Positions 8,931 through 17,906 of a stretch of DNA of 59,094 nt are shown here, piece after piece; position 1 is the stretch's first letter; the number at the start of each line of letters is the position of its first letter. The stretch covers positions 1 to 59,094 of the forward strand of contig DWYQ01000133.1 in assembly GCA_019118615.1 (NCBI GenBank). Reading direction: 5' to 3'. The translations under genes and the position numbers were made by a program. The notes under the pieces are model-generated. The model was given only the letters and a program-made list of their open reading frames with translations. It ran no database searches and was not told where the DNA came from. Source of the stretch: Candidatus Evtepia excrementipullorum. GTDB taxonomy: Bacteria; Bacillota; Clostridia; Oscillospirales; Oscillospiraceae.

Positions 8931-9487
8931 AGCAATCCCTCACTTTCCAGAAACACCCGCAGTTTTTTCCGGGTCCGAAACAGGATGGATTTCGTCTTGC
9001 TCTCTCCGATGGCGTACGCCTTGGCAATCCTTTGGATGGAGCTGAAATGGTAGTACCGCAGAACAAACACATCCCGGTGCAGCGGGGGCTGTTCCCACAG
9101 AAAGCGGCTGATGGCCTCCCCCAGCAGGTTCCCTTCCACCGCTCGCTCCACCGTATCGCGCTCTGTCCATAGACATTCTTCCAACTCCTCCAACGCCACG
9201 TCGTACACGCCACCGCCCCGTTTCTGGGTCCGCTGGGCACGATACCGGTCGATGGCCAACTCCCGGGTGATCTTTCCCAGGAAGAGGGAGAGCTTCGCCG
9301 GCCTGTGGGGTGGAATGGTATTCCAGGCCCGGAGCCACGTGTCGTTGACGCATTCCTCCACATCTTCCGCTTGGGAGAGAATATTCCCTGCGATGCGGCC
9401 GCAGTAGTGCCCATACTTCTGTGCAGAAGCCGCAATGGCTGCTTCCTCCCGGTTCCAATACAGGGTTAGGATTTCCTTGTCGTCCAT
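8927..9487 (-). CDS. ECF RNA polymerase sigma-70 factor
   Basis: DVEECVNDTWLRAWNTIPP region 2; VFVLRYY..KSILFRTRKKL region 4. Confidence 0.93.
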   Translation of the reverse strand: MDDKEILTLYWNREEAAIAASAQKYGHYCGRIAGNILSQAEDVEECVNDTWLRAWNTIPPHRPAKLSLFLGKITRELAIDRYRAQRTQKRGGGVYDVALEELEECLWTERDTVERAVEGNLLGEAISRFLWEQPPLHRDVFVLRYYHFSSIQRIAKAYAIGESKTKSILFRTRKKLRVFLESEGLL

Positions 9488-9576
9488 ACCGCTCCCCTCC
9501 TACCATATTCTCAAAGGGCCCTTCCCCCATATTACCGAGATTTTGGGAACCAGGTTGCACGGAACCGGTTTCTTAC

Positions 9577-9612
9577 GAAAAAATGCTCGCTGCGTGGCAG
9601 CGAGCGTTTTTC
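9577..9612. terminator. Terminator after SPFH gene
   Basis: gctcgctgc/gcagcgagc stem flanked by A and T tracts. Confidence 0.75.
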
Positions 9613-9627
9613 TAGGCAAAGGTTTTG

Positions 9628-10557
9628 TTACGCCTGTTCCTTGGAAACTGGCCTGCTCCCGGTCTCCGGGCGCTTGACGGTTTCTACGATGCCCTCGGCC
9701 AGGCCGGCCAGGCCTTGGATCTCCGAGGGGATGATAATCTTGGTGGCCTTTCCATTGGCAGCGGCCTGGAAAGCCTCCAAGGCCTTGATCTTGATGACGC
9801 CATCGGTGGGGGCGGACTCATTGAGGAGTTTCAAGGAGTCTGCCATGGCCTCGTTCACCCGGAGAATGGCAGCAGCTTCGGCTTCGGCCTCCATGATGCG
9901 GGCCTGCTTTTCGCCGTCGGCCCGGAGGATCATAGACTCCTTCTCGCCCTGGGCCACCAGGATCTGGCTTTGCTTCTGGCCCTCGGCCTGAAGGATCTGC
10001 TCCCGCCGTTCCCGCTCGGCCCGCATCTGCTTCTCCATGGCGTTTTGGATGTCCTTGGGCGGCACGATGTTCTTCAGCTCCACCCGGTTGACTTTAATCC
10101 CCCAGGGATCTGTGGCTTCGTCCAGAATGGAGCGCATCCGGGCATTGATGATATCTCGGGAGGTCAGAGACTGGTCCAGCTCCAACTCACCAATGATGTT
10201 CCGCAGGGTGGTGGCAGTGAGGTTCTCAATGGCGCTCATGGGGTTTTCCACCCCATAGGCGTAGAGCTTGGGGTCCGTGATTTGGAAGTAGAGGACCGTG
10301 TCGATCTGGATGGTGACGTTGTCCTTGGTAATGACAGGCTGGGGTGGGAAGTCCGCCACCTGTTCCTTCAAGGAAACCACCCGTTGGACGCGATCAATAA
10401 AGGGAATCTTAAAATGCAGGCCCACACTCCATACCGTGTGGAAAGCACCCAGGCGCTCAATCACGTATGCTTTGGACTGCTGCACCACTCGAATGCAGCG
10501 AGCCAGAATCACCAAGACGATGATCAACAGAACAATGAGGACAATCCTTGTTTCCAT
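9628..10557 (-). CDS. SPFH/band 7 (stomatin/QmcA-like) protein
   Basis: N-terminal TM, PPQPVITKDNV, TTLRNIIGELELDQ, WGIKVNRVE, EKQMRAERERR. Confidence 0.95.
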   Translation of the reverse strand: METRIVLIVLLIIVLVILARCIRVVQQSKAYVIERLGAFHTVWSVGLHFKIPFIDRVQRVVSLKEQVADFPPQPVITKDNVTIQIDTVLYFQITDPKLYAYGVENPMSAIENLTATTLRNIIGELELDQSLTSRDIINARMRSILDEATDPWGIKVNRVELKNIVPPKDIQNAMEKQMRAERERREQILQAEGQKQSQILVAQGEKESMILRADGEKQARIMEAEAEAAAILRVNEAMADSLKLLNESAPTDGVIKIKALEAFQAAANGKATKIIIPSEIQGLAGLAEGIVETVKRPETGSRPVSKEQA

Positions 10558-10614
10558 AGTAACAATCCTTTCTCTTCTTCAAAAGGCGGGTTCTCTCTTT
10601 GGGTCTACTGGGTT

Positions 10615-11049
10615 TCAATCGGTCTGTTTTCTTACAATGGCTTTGACACCTTCGATCCGCGCCACCCGTACCCGGGTCCCTGGGGGAATGACTTCCTCCC
10701 CCTCTGCTCGGGCGGACCAGACAGCACCGCCAATTTTAATTTGGCCAGAGGCGTTGAGATTATCAATCTCCTCCACCACCACGCCTTCCTGATCCAGGAT
10801 GCGGTCTGCGTTGGTTTTCTCCATCTTAGGGTGCAGCCATTTCCGCGCCATGGGCCGCACCAAGGCCATAGCCACTACGGAGACAATGGCGAACAGCCCA
10901 ATCTGTACCGGCAAGGATGCCCCCAGCCACGTCGCCACCAGGGCCACTAGACTGCCAGCACAGAACCAAATGGAGACCAACCCCGCCGTTATCCCCTCAA
11001 TGCCTGCAAAGACGATAAGAAGGATCAGCCAGATGGTCTGGTAATGCAT
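10615..11049 (-). CDS. NfeD family membrane protein
   Basis: Hydrophobic N-terminus, GQIKIGGAVWSARA OB-fold motif; canonical partner upstream of SPFH. Confidence 0.9.
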   Translation of the reverse strand: MHYQTIWLILLIVFAGIEGITAGLVSIWFCAGSLVALVATWLGASLPVQIGLFAIVSVVAMALVRPMARKWLHPKMEKTNADRILDQEGVVVEEIDNLNASGQIKIGGAVWSARAEGEEVIPPGTRVRVARIEGVKAIVRKQTD

Positions 11050-11301
11050 CGGTTTCCTCCTTTCCCGGGTATCAAAACCCACGAATTCACTTTGAGAACT
11101 TACAAAATAAGTGTACCATATCTACAGAAGTGTGGCAACTGCTATTTTCTGGTGTTTCTCTCTGGGTTCGACCTGCTGGGGGCTTGGGCGCAAAGAAAGT
11201 GCCCCAATCGCCGCCTGCCGCTTGCAAGCCTCTGCCAGCTTTGCTATACTATGGTATGTTCCTTTTTCTTGCGCGTTTCCACCTGGGAGGTGATTCCACA
11301 C

Positions 11302-11850
11302 ATGCGCAACCGACCAAGTTTTCGTGTGGCTTTTTGCGGCGTCCTGGCTGCCCTAATGATCGTCATTATGCTGCTGGGCACCATGATTCCCGCCACGGAG
11401 TACCTGTGCCCTGCTGTCGCTGGCGTGCTCATCATCCCTGTGGTATGGGAGTTTGGCGGCAAGACAGGGGCACTGCTCTACCTTGCCGTGGCACTGCTCA
11501 GCCTGATCCTCTCCCCCAACAAAGAGGCTGCCCTGTTTTTTGCCCTCCTCTTCGGCTGGTATCCCCTGGCTCGGCCCAAGCTGCAGCATTTGCGGCGTAA
11601 GCCCCTGCGGGTGGTCTTAAAACTGGTTCTGTTTAACGCTGCCCTGGCTGTCATCATCGCCCTGCTGCTCTTTGTCCTGGTTTCTCCGGATTGGCAGGCC
11701 GATGCCGCCAACTGGACGGGGCTGGTAGTGGCCGGCATGTTGGTGCTGGGCAATGTGGCCTTCTTGATCTATGACGTGTTGCTGGCCAGGATCAGTGACC
11801 TGTATGTCTACCGCCTGCGCCCCAAACTCTTTCCCCGGCACTTTTCTTAA
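11302..11850 (+). CDS. Hypothetical integral membrane protein (DUF2232/YybS-like)
   Basis: 5-6 hydrophobic helices, PNKEAALFFALLFGWYP; GGAGGTG RBS; promoter TTGCAA-17-TATACT at 11222-11250. Confidence 0.75.
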   Translation: MRNRPSFRVAFCGVLAALMIVIMLLGTMIPATEYLCPAVAGVLIIPVVWEFGGKTGALLYLAVALLSLILSPNKEAALFFALLFGWYPLARPKLQHLRRKPLRVVLKLVLFNAALAVIIALLLFVLVSPDWQADAANWTGLVVAGMLVLGNVAFLIYDVLLARISDLYVYRLRPKLFPRHFS

Positions 11851-11877
11851 CCAAAGAGATAGAGAGGTATCTTTCCC

Positions 11878-13263
11878 ATGCAAACGATTCGACAGAGACT
11901 GCATGCCCTGCTCCTGCTGGCTGCCCTCACCATTTCCCTGGCCGTCCCCGCCAGTGCCGCAGGCAGTTTGCCTTTTACCGACGTGGATCCCTCGGAGTGG
12001 TACTACACCTACGTACAAGACCTCTACGACGCCGGTATTGTAGACGGGGTCACCTCCACGGCCTTCCGCCCTGAGGGCACTGTGACCTTTGGGCAGGCCT
12101 TGAAGCTCGTCCTGATGGCCGCCGGTTATGAGAACCAGGCCCCCACGGGAACCCACTGGGCCAGTGGGTTCTACGATTTGGCCCAGCGAGAGGGGCTGCT
12201 CCCCAGTGTGCTCAATCTAGGGTTGGACGATGCCATTACCCGGCTGGAGATTGCCGAGATCACCGTCCTGGCTATGGACCTCTCCCGGACCAGCCAAGAT
12301 CCCTCCCCCTTTGACGACACCGACGCGGAGGCCGCACTGATCCTGTGGGACCACGGTATTTTCGAGGGATCCGCCTCGGGGGACCAAATCCTCTTCCAAC
12401 CCCAGGATGACATCTCCCGCGTGGAGATTACCACCGTGATCTGGCGGATCTACCACTACACCCCGCCAGAAAACCCTGAGACGCCACCCACCTCACCAGA
12501 GGACCCAGACGACCCCGAGGAGGAGGGGGATTACTTCTACTTCGGCAACAAAAAGGTCTATGTGGTGGAAGAAATGCCAAAACGGACCTATGATTCCTCC
12601 CTCTTCCAGGTGAATGAAAACGGGTTTCTCACCTACAACAGCGATGACTATGATTACCGGATCGGCATCGACGTCTCCCGCTACCAAGGGGAGATCGATT
12701 GGGCCGCTGTGAAGGACGCTGGCGTGGACTTCGCCATGATCCGTCTGGGCTACCGGGGGTACGGAACGGGGCGGATTGTCACGGACACCTACTTTGAGAC
12801 CAATCTGAAGGGTGCCTTGGAAAACGACATTGAAGTTGGGGTGTACTTCTTCTCCCAAGCCATCAACGAGGAGGAGGCCGTGGAGGAAGCCCAGTACTGC
12901 ATGGATCTCCTCCAGGACTATGACATCACCTACCCCATCGTCTTTGACTGGGAACCTTACGACAGCAGCCTCAATCCCCGCACAGACGGGCTCTCCGATG
13001 AGATGCTCACCAAATGTGCTGTGGCCTTCTGCCAAGCCGTAGAGGACGGTGGGTACGAGAGCATGGTCTACTCCAACCTCACCTACTTCTACCTCCATTA
13101 CGACCTGGCGCAGCTGGTGGACTTCCCCCTGTGGCTGGCCCAGTACAACGAAACCCCCACCTTCTACTACCACTTTTCCATGTGGCAGTACTCCAGCACC
13201 GGCACGGTGCCTGGCATTGAGGGAAATGTAGACTTGAACATCCAACTCATCCCCAAAGCCTAA
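11878..13263 (+). CDS. SLH-domain GH25 lysozyme/muramidase
   Basis: Signal peptide, FTDV..WY/ITRLE/ISRVE SLH repeats, Pro/acidic linker, GIDVSRYQG..FDWE..WQYSSTG..VDLN GH25 motifs. Confidence 0.92.
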   Translation: MQTIRQRLHALLLLAALTISLAVPASAAGSLPFTDVDPSEWYYTYVQDLYDAGIVDGVTSTAFRPEGTVTFGQALKLVLMAAGYENQAPTGTHWASGFYDLAQREGLLPSVLNLGLDDAITRLEIAEITVLAMDLSRTSQDPSPFDDTDAEAALILWDHGIFEGSASGDQILFQPQDDISRVEITTVIWRIYHYTPPENPETPPTSPEDPDDPEEEGDYFYFGNKKVYVVEEMPKRTYDSSLFQVNENGFLTYNSDDYDYRIGIDVSRYQGEIDWAAVKDAGVDFAMIRLGYRGYGTGRIVTDTYFETNLKGALENDIEVGVYFFSQAINEEEAVEEAQYCMDLLQDYDITYPIVFDWEPYDSSLNPRTDGLSDEMLTKCAVAFCQAVEDGGYESMVYSNLTYFYLHYDLAQLVDFPLWLAQYNETPTFYYHFSMWQYSSTGTVPGIEGNVDLNIQLIPKA

Positions 13264-13290
13264 CGACTCCCCTGTCACCGTCTCTTACAA

Positions 13291-13323
13291 AAATTGCCCC
13301 ACCCAAATTGGGTGGGGCAATTT
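13291..13323. terminator. Bidirectional terminator
   Basis: aaattgccccaccca/tgggtggggcaattt between convergent genes. Confidence 0.8.
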
Positions 13324-13327
13324 CCAA

Positions 13328-13984
13328 TTACCACTGTTTGGCTCTCTCATAAAACCCGGGAAAATCCGTGAGATCGGACAGGTAGAGGTGGCACGTGGCC
13401 TGCAGCGCTTTCTGGTCGCTGTAAGGGTCTGCCACACCGGCCACGCGGTAGCCCGCCTGATAGGCCGTCTGAGCAGCGTGCACGGCATCCTCAAAAACCC
13501 AGGTGTCTGCCAGGGCCGTTCCCATGGCCGCCCGGGCCGTGTGGAAGATGGTGGGGGTGCGCTTGTCCACCCCCAAATCCCCACAGGTGAACACTTTGTC
13601 CAACAGAGGTAACAGGGATGTGCGGCGCAACCCCGCCAGAATCACTTCCCGGTCGGTGGCAGTGGCCAAGGTGACTGCCACGCCCTGGCGGTGCAGGGCT
13701 TCCAAAAAGGCCTTCGCGCCGGCTTTGGCCTGCACCTCGTCCCGGTAAAAGGTGAAAATACTTTCATTGATGCCATCGGCAATGGCCTGGCAGGACTGGG
13801 GCAGCCCATAGGTCTGCTTGAGATATGCGGCGCACTGGGTCAGGCTCATGGGGAAGAGAATCTCCCGCAGCCCTGGGCGGGCGGGGATCCCCAGGGAAGC
13901 CAGGTACCGCTCCCCTACCGTATCCCACATCCCCATGGAGTCCAGCAGGGTTCCGTCTGCATCAAAAATAGCCCCTTGGATCAT
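13328..13984 (-). CDS. HAD-superfamily phosphatase
   Basis: FDADGTLLDS motif I, ATAT motif II, K, VFEDA motif IV. Confidence 0.92.
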   Translation of the reverse strand: MIQGAIFDADGTLLDSMGMWDTVGERYLASLGIPARPGLREILFPMSLTQCAAYLKQTYGLPQSCQAIADGINESIFTFYRDEVQAKAGAKAFLEALHRQGVAVTLATATDREVILAGLRRTSLLPLLDKVFTCGDLGVDKRTPTIFHTARAAMGTALADTWVFEDAVHAAQTAYQAGYRVAGVADPYSDQKALQATCHLYLSDLTDFPGFYERAKQW

Positions 13985-14022
13985 TGGTTGTTCTTCCTTT
14001 CTCTCTGGCTGCACTGCCGCCC

Positions 14023-14073
14023 AGTGTAACAAAAAAACGCCCCCTGGTCAAGAGGAGCCAACCGTGGTAAGAT
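14023..14073. promoter_or_regulatory. Divergent sigma-A promoters with overlapping -35 boxes (HAD / thiN)
   Basis: Minus TTGACC(14051-46)-17-TACACT(14028-23); plus TGGTCA(14045-50)-17-TAAGAT(14068-73); both TG-extended. Confidence 0.6.
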
Positions 14074-14111
14074 GGGGACATCCATGGACCCTATGGAAAG
14101 GAGACATCGCC

Positions 14112-14789
14112 ATGCCCCAAGTCTACGATACCTGCTTTCTCTTTGGCGCCGGCCCCTTTTTCGGACTGCCGGTACCGCCTCAGCCAGGGGATCTTATCCT
14201 GGCCGCCGACGGGGGGTACCGCCACTGCCAGGCCGCTGGGCTGCGCCCAGATCTCCTGTTGGGAGACTTGGACTCCCTGGAAACGCCCCCCCAAGCCCTC
14301 CCCGTGCAAACCTTTCCGGCAGAAAAGGATGACACCGATACCATGCTGGCCGTAAAATACGCCCTGGCCCAGGGATGCACCACCGTCCACCTCTACGGCT
14401 GCACAGGTGGGCGGTTGGATCACACCCTGGCCAACCTGCAAACCCTGGGCTACCTGGCCCAGGCAGGGGCCGCAGGCTATCTCTATGATGAGACCTATGT
14501 ATTTACCGCCCTGGCCGATGGTCACCTCACCTTGCCCGCCCGGGAGGCAGGGATCTTCTCCCTGTTCTGTCTGGGGGAGGCCGCTAAGGGGGTCACCATT
14601 CGGGGGGGGCAGTACCCGTTGGACCGGGCAACCCTCTCCCCCTTTTTCCCCCTGGGGGTGAGCAACCATTTCCTGGGAAACCCGGTGGAGATCCAAGTGG
14701 AACACGGCTGCCTGCTCGTCGGCTGGGAGCAAGCCACAGAGAACCTTCTCCCGCTGCGGCGGGAATCCCTCCTGAAAACAACCGATTGA
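14112..14789 (+). CDS. thiN: Thiamine diphosphokinase
   Basis: AADGG, GDLDS, EKDDTDT, GGRLDHTLAN, LGVSN motifs. Confidence 0.95.
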   Translation: MPQVYDTCFLFGAGPFFGLPVPPQPGDLILAADGGYRHCQAAGLRPDLLLGDLDSLETPPQALPVQTFPAEKDDTDTMLAVKYALAQGCTTVHLYGCTGGRLDHTLANLQTLGYLAQAGAAGYLYDETYVFTALADGHLTLPAREAGIFSLFCLGEAAKGVTIRGGQYPLDRATLSPFFPLGVSNHFLGNPVEIQVEHGCLLVGWEQATENLLPLRRESLLKTTD

Positions 14790-14800
14790 CAGAGATGAAA

Positions 14801-14833
14801 CGGCCGGCACCCCCGCAACAGGGGTGCCGGCCG
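14801..14833. terminator. GC-rich hairpin between convergent genes
   Basis: cggccggcacccc/ggggtgccggccg stem. Confidence 0.65.
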
Positions 14834-14851
14834 GCATGGTTCTCTTTCGAT

Positions 14852-15658
14852 TTACATGAGTTTTGCCGTGAAGTAGACCGCCAGGATGAACAGCCAAGCT
14901 GCCATTGCCCAAACGCCATAGTAGCCCATGGCACTCACAACCAGAGGAAGCAGGAGCAGAACCAGGGTAATGACTGCTGTAAGGTAGTACGGCAGGTAGG
15001 CTGCATCCGACTGCAGCAGGGTCCAACTGCGGTTCTTGTCCTTCCACACCCCGCCTGCTTTCTTCAGCTTCCAGGCCAACACAGCTCCTGCGGCAGCGAT
15101 CACCACCGTTAGGATGAGATAGGCGTAATAGATGGTACCACTGGAAAGGGTCCGGTAAACCCACAGGCCCAGGAGACCCAAACCGCCCACAATGCCGCAG
15201 GCGAAGAACTCCTTGGGGTAGAGGTAAAACACCATCATCAGGACCCCAAGCCCAGGCACCACGGCCAGCACCATGGGGGCAACGGTGCTCTCATAATTCC
15301 GCATCAGAAGGCCGCACACGCCCATGCACAAAAATCCGAAGGCCATCGCCACCTGAAGGGTTCCGTCCTTCCCTGTATCGCTTCGACGCATCCGCACGGC
15401 CACCACCAAGAGGATCACGAACAGGGCCGCCCCCACGAAGGGCAGTGCTGTCAGCACATAGTACAGCACGATCTTGGCGTTGAGCTCGCTCACTCTGGTG
15501 TTGATATAAAAGCGATTGATGAGAACCATAACCACTTCTACCACGGCGGCCACTGCCACCCAGAGAAGCATCCGGTTAAAGGTTTCATTCTCTATCTGTT
15601 CCCGCGTACGAACTTCTGGCGGTTTGGTTCTTCCGGATTTGATTTCATGTTTCTTCAT
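14852..15658 (-). CDS. Hypothetical polytopic membrane protein (~8 TM)
   Basis: 268-aa ORF with repeated hydrophobic segments; GGGAG RBS. Confidence 0.75.
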   Translation of the reverse strand: MKKHEIKSGRTKPPEVRTREQIENETFNRMLLWVAVAAVVEVVMVLINRFYINTRVSELNAKIVLYYVLTALPFVGAALFVILLVVAVRMRRSDTGKDGTLQVAMAFGFLCMGVCGLLMRNYESTVAPMVLAVVPGLGVLMMVFYLYPKEFFACGIVGGLGLLGLWVYRTLSSGTIYYAYLILTVVIAAAGAVLAWKLKKAGGVWKDKNRSWTLLQSDAAYLPYYLTAVITLVLLLLPLVVSAMGYYGVWAMAAWLFILAVYFTAKLM

Positions 15659-15818
15659 ACTCGTGACAACACTCCCACTTTAGGAACCGATCCCCCATGC
15701 CGGGGCATCTTCACAGGATCTTTGCTATTGTACCAGAAAATGAACGGTTTCGCAAGGCAGAGATGGTGTTTTCTCCTCCCTGCTTTTCCCAAAATTTCCG
15801 ATATCCATGCATCGGATT

Positions 15819-17513
15819 TTATTTTTTCTTAAAGCTGTCCTTCAACGAGACACTGCGGTTAAACACCAGATGGCCCGGGGCGGCGTCCTGGTTATCCAGG
15901 CAGAAGTAGCCCTGACGCATGAACTGATAGGCAGTGGCGGTTTTCCCCTTTTCCGGCATGGCCGCCTGGGCCAGCCCCTGCTCCACCTTGCAGCCGATAA
16001 GAATCTGGAGGCTATCCGGATTCAGATAGTCCAGGAAATTCTTATCCGCCGCATCCGGCGCGGGGTCGGTGAACAGGTAGTCGTACAGACGCACCTCTGC
16101 ATCGGCGGCGGTGGCAGCATCCACCCAGTGAATGGTGGCCCCTTTGACCTTCCGCCCATCGGCGGGGTTGCCCCCCTTGGATTCCGGGTCATATTCGCAG
16201 AGGACCTCTACCACCTCGCCGGCCTCGTTCTTGACGCAGCCGGTGCAGCGAATGAGGTAGGCCCCTTTCAGGCGGCACTCCTGACCGCCGGGGGTCAGGC
16301 GCTTATACTTGGGAATGGGGGTCTCCAAAAAGTCATCTGCCTCAATATAGAGGTGGCGGGAGAAGGGCACCTGCCGCTCCCCAGCGGTAGGATCCACCGG
16401 GTTGTTCTCCACGGTGACGGTCTCCTGCTGCCCTTCGGGATAGTTGGTGATGGTGAGCTTCACCGGGCGCAGGACGGCCATGACCCGCTGGGCTGTCTCG
16501 TTCAGGTCCTCCCGCAGGCAGGACTCCAGGAAGGCCCAGTCCACGGTGGAGTCCACCTTGGACACACCGATGCGCTCACAGAAGTTGCGAATGGACTTGG
16601 GGGTGTATCCCCGGCGGCGCAGGCCACAGAGGGTGGGCATCCGGGGGTCATCCCACCCGGCTACCTGGCCGTTCTCCACCAGGGCCCGGAGCTTCCGCTT
16701 GGACAGAACGGTGTAGTTGATGCCCAAGCGGGCAAACTCGATCTGCCGGGGCCGGCTGGGCACGTCGCAGTGCTCCACCACCCAGTCGTAGAGGGGGCGG
16801 TGGTTTTCATACTCCAAGGAGCACAGGGAGTGGGTGATCCCTTCCAGGGCATCCTGGATGGGGTGGGCAAAGTCGTACATGGGGAAGATGCACCATTTGG
16901 TCCCCTGCCGGTGGTGCTCAATGTAGCGGATACGGTAGAGCACCGGGTCCCGCATGTTGAAGTTACCGGAGGCCAGGTCAATCTTGGCGCGGAGGGTGTA
17001 CTTGCCTTCCGGGAACTCCCCGTTCTTCATGCGTTCGAAGAGGTCCAGGTTTTCCTCCACCGGCCGGTCCCGCCAAGGGCTTTTGGCGGGGGTGGTGGTG
17101 TCCCCCCGGTACTCCCGGAACTGCTCGGGGGTCAGCTCACAGACATAGGCCAGGCCTTTCTTGATCAGGTCCACTGCCAATTCATAGGTTCGAGTGAAAT
17201 AGTCTGAACCGTAAAAGAACCGGTCGCCCCAATCAAATCCCAGCCAGTGGATGTCCTCCTGGATGGCGTCGACGTACTCTGTGTCCTCTTTGGCGGGGTT
17301 GGTGTCATCCATCCGCAGGTTGCAGATGCCCTGGTACTTCTCCGCCGTGCCAAAGTCAATGGTCAGCGCCTTGCAGTGGCCGATGTGGAGATACCCGTTG
17401 GGCTCCGGTGGGAACCGGGTGTGAACCTGTTTCCCCTCGCAGCGGCCACCGGGCTGCAGTTCCTCCTCAATGATGCTGTGAATGAAATTGGTGCTCATGG
17501 TCTCTTCCGCCAT
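15819..17513 (-). CDS. glnS: Glutamine--tRNA ligase
   Basis: TRFPPEPNGYLHIGH (HIGH), LSKRKL (MSKR-type), GWDDPRMPTL, anticodon beta-barrels. Confidence 0.97.
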   Translation of the reverse strand: MAEETMSTNFIHSIIEEELQPGGRCEGKQVHTRFPPEPNGYLHIGHCKALTIDFGTAEKYQGICNLRMDDTNPAKEDTEYVDAIQEDIHWLGFDWGDRFFYGSDYFTRTYELAVDLIKKGLAYVCELTPEQFREYRGDTTTPAKSPWRDRPVEENLDLFERMKNGEFPEGKYTLRAKIDLASGNFNMRDPVLYRIRYIEHHRQGTKWCIFPMYDFAHPIQDALEGITHSLCSLEYENHRPLYDWVVEHCDVPSRPRQIEFARLGINYTVLSKRKLRALVENGQVAGWDDPRMPTLCGLRRRGYTPKSIRNFCERIGVSKVDSTVDWAFLESCLREDLNETAQRVMAVLRPVKLTITNYPEGQQETVTVENNPVDPTAGERQVPFSRHLYIEADDFLETPIPKYKRLTPGGQECRLKGAYLIRCTGCVKNEAGEVVEVLCEYDPESKGGNPADGRKVKGATIHWVDAATAADAEVRLYDYLFTDPAPDAADKNFLDYLNPDSLQILIGCKVEQGLAQAAMPEKGKTATAYQFMRQGYFCLDNQDAAPGHLVFNRSVSLKDSFKKK

Positions 17514-17718
17514 GGTCCTCACGCTCCCTCTCCCTGGATTTTGGTGCATTCCAATCAAAATCAAAATAGGTTTCTTTCTGGCTGTTTTCTCAGAAAAGCG
17601 GGGCACCTGTTCTGGCAGGCGCCGTTCCCTCTCTTTGGCATACTCTGTATGAAAAACCAGAAGGGAAGGCAACCTTCCCTTTTTTCTTGGATCATAACAG
17701 GGCTAGAAAATTCATAAT

Positions 17719-17747
17719 ATTATATATCATTTCCTTCTTTTCGTCAA
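17719..17747 (-). promoter_or_regulatory. sigma-A promoter of glnS (about 200-nt leader)
   Basis: TTGACG-17-TATAAT. Confidence 0.7.
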
Positions 17748-17847
17748 GAAATTGCTTACAAGAAGGTTTACATTCTTTTACATCCTTTGCAAATTGTCTC
17801 TTTTTCTGGTAAAATTACTAAGATTTTATTAAATTTCCTAGAAAGAT

Positions 17848-17876
17848 TTGAATGTTTCACCATTTTATGGTATAAT
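17848..17876 (+). promoter_or_regulatory. sigma-A promoter of the osmoprotectant transporter
   Basis: TTGAAT-17-TATAAT with TG extension in an AT-rich region. Confidence 0.7.
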
Positions 17877-17906
17877 AAAAATAAGTAATAGAAAGGAGGT
17901 ATGTGA

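Noticed and set aside
13985-14111. Possible TPP riboswitch or terminator near thiN (GGGGGCGTTTTTTT on minus strand)
   Set aside because: No CTGAGA or other TPP aptamer core; the sequence is better explained as the spacer of the HAD promoter.
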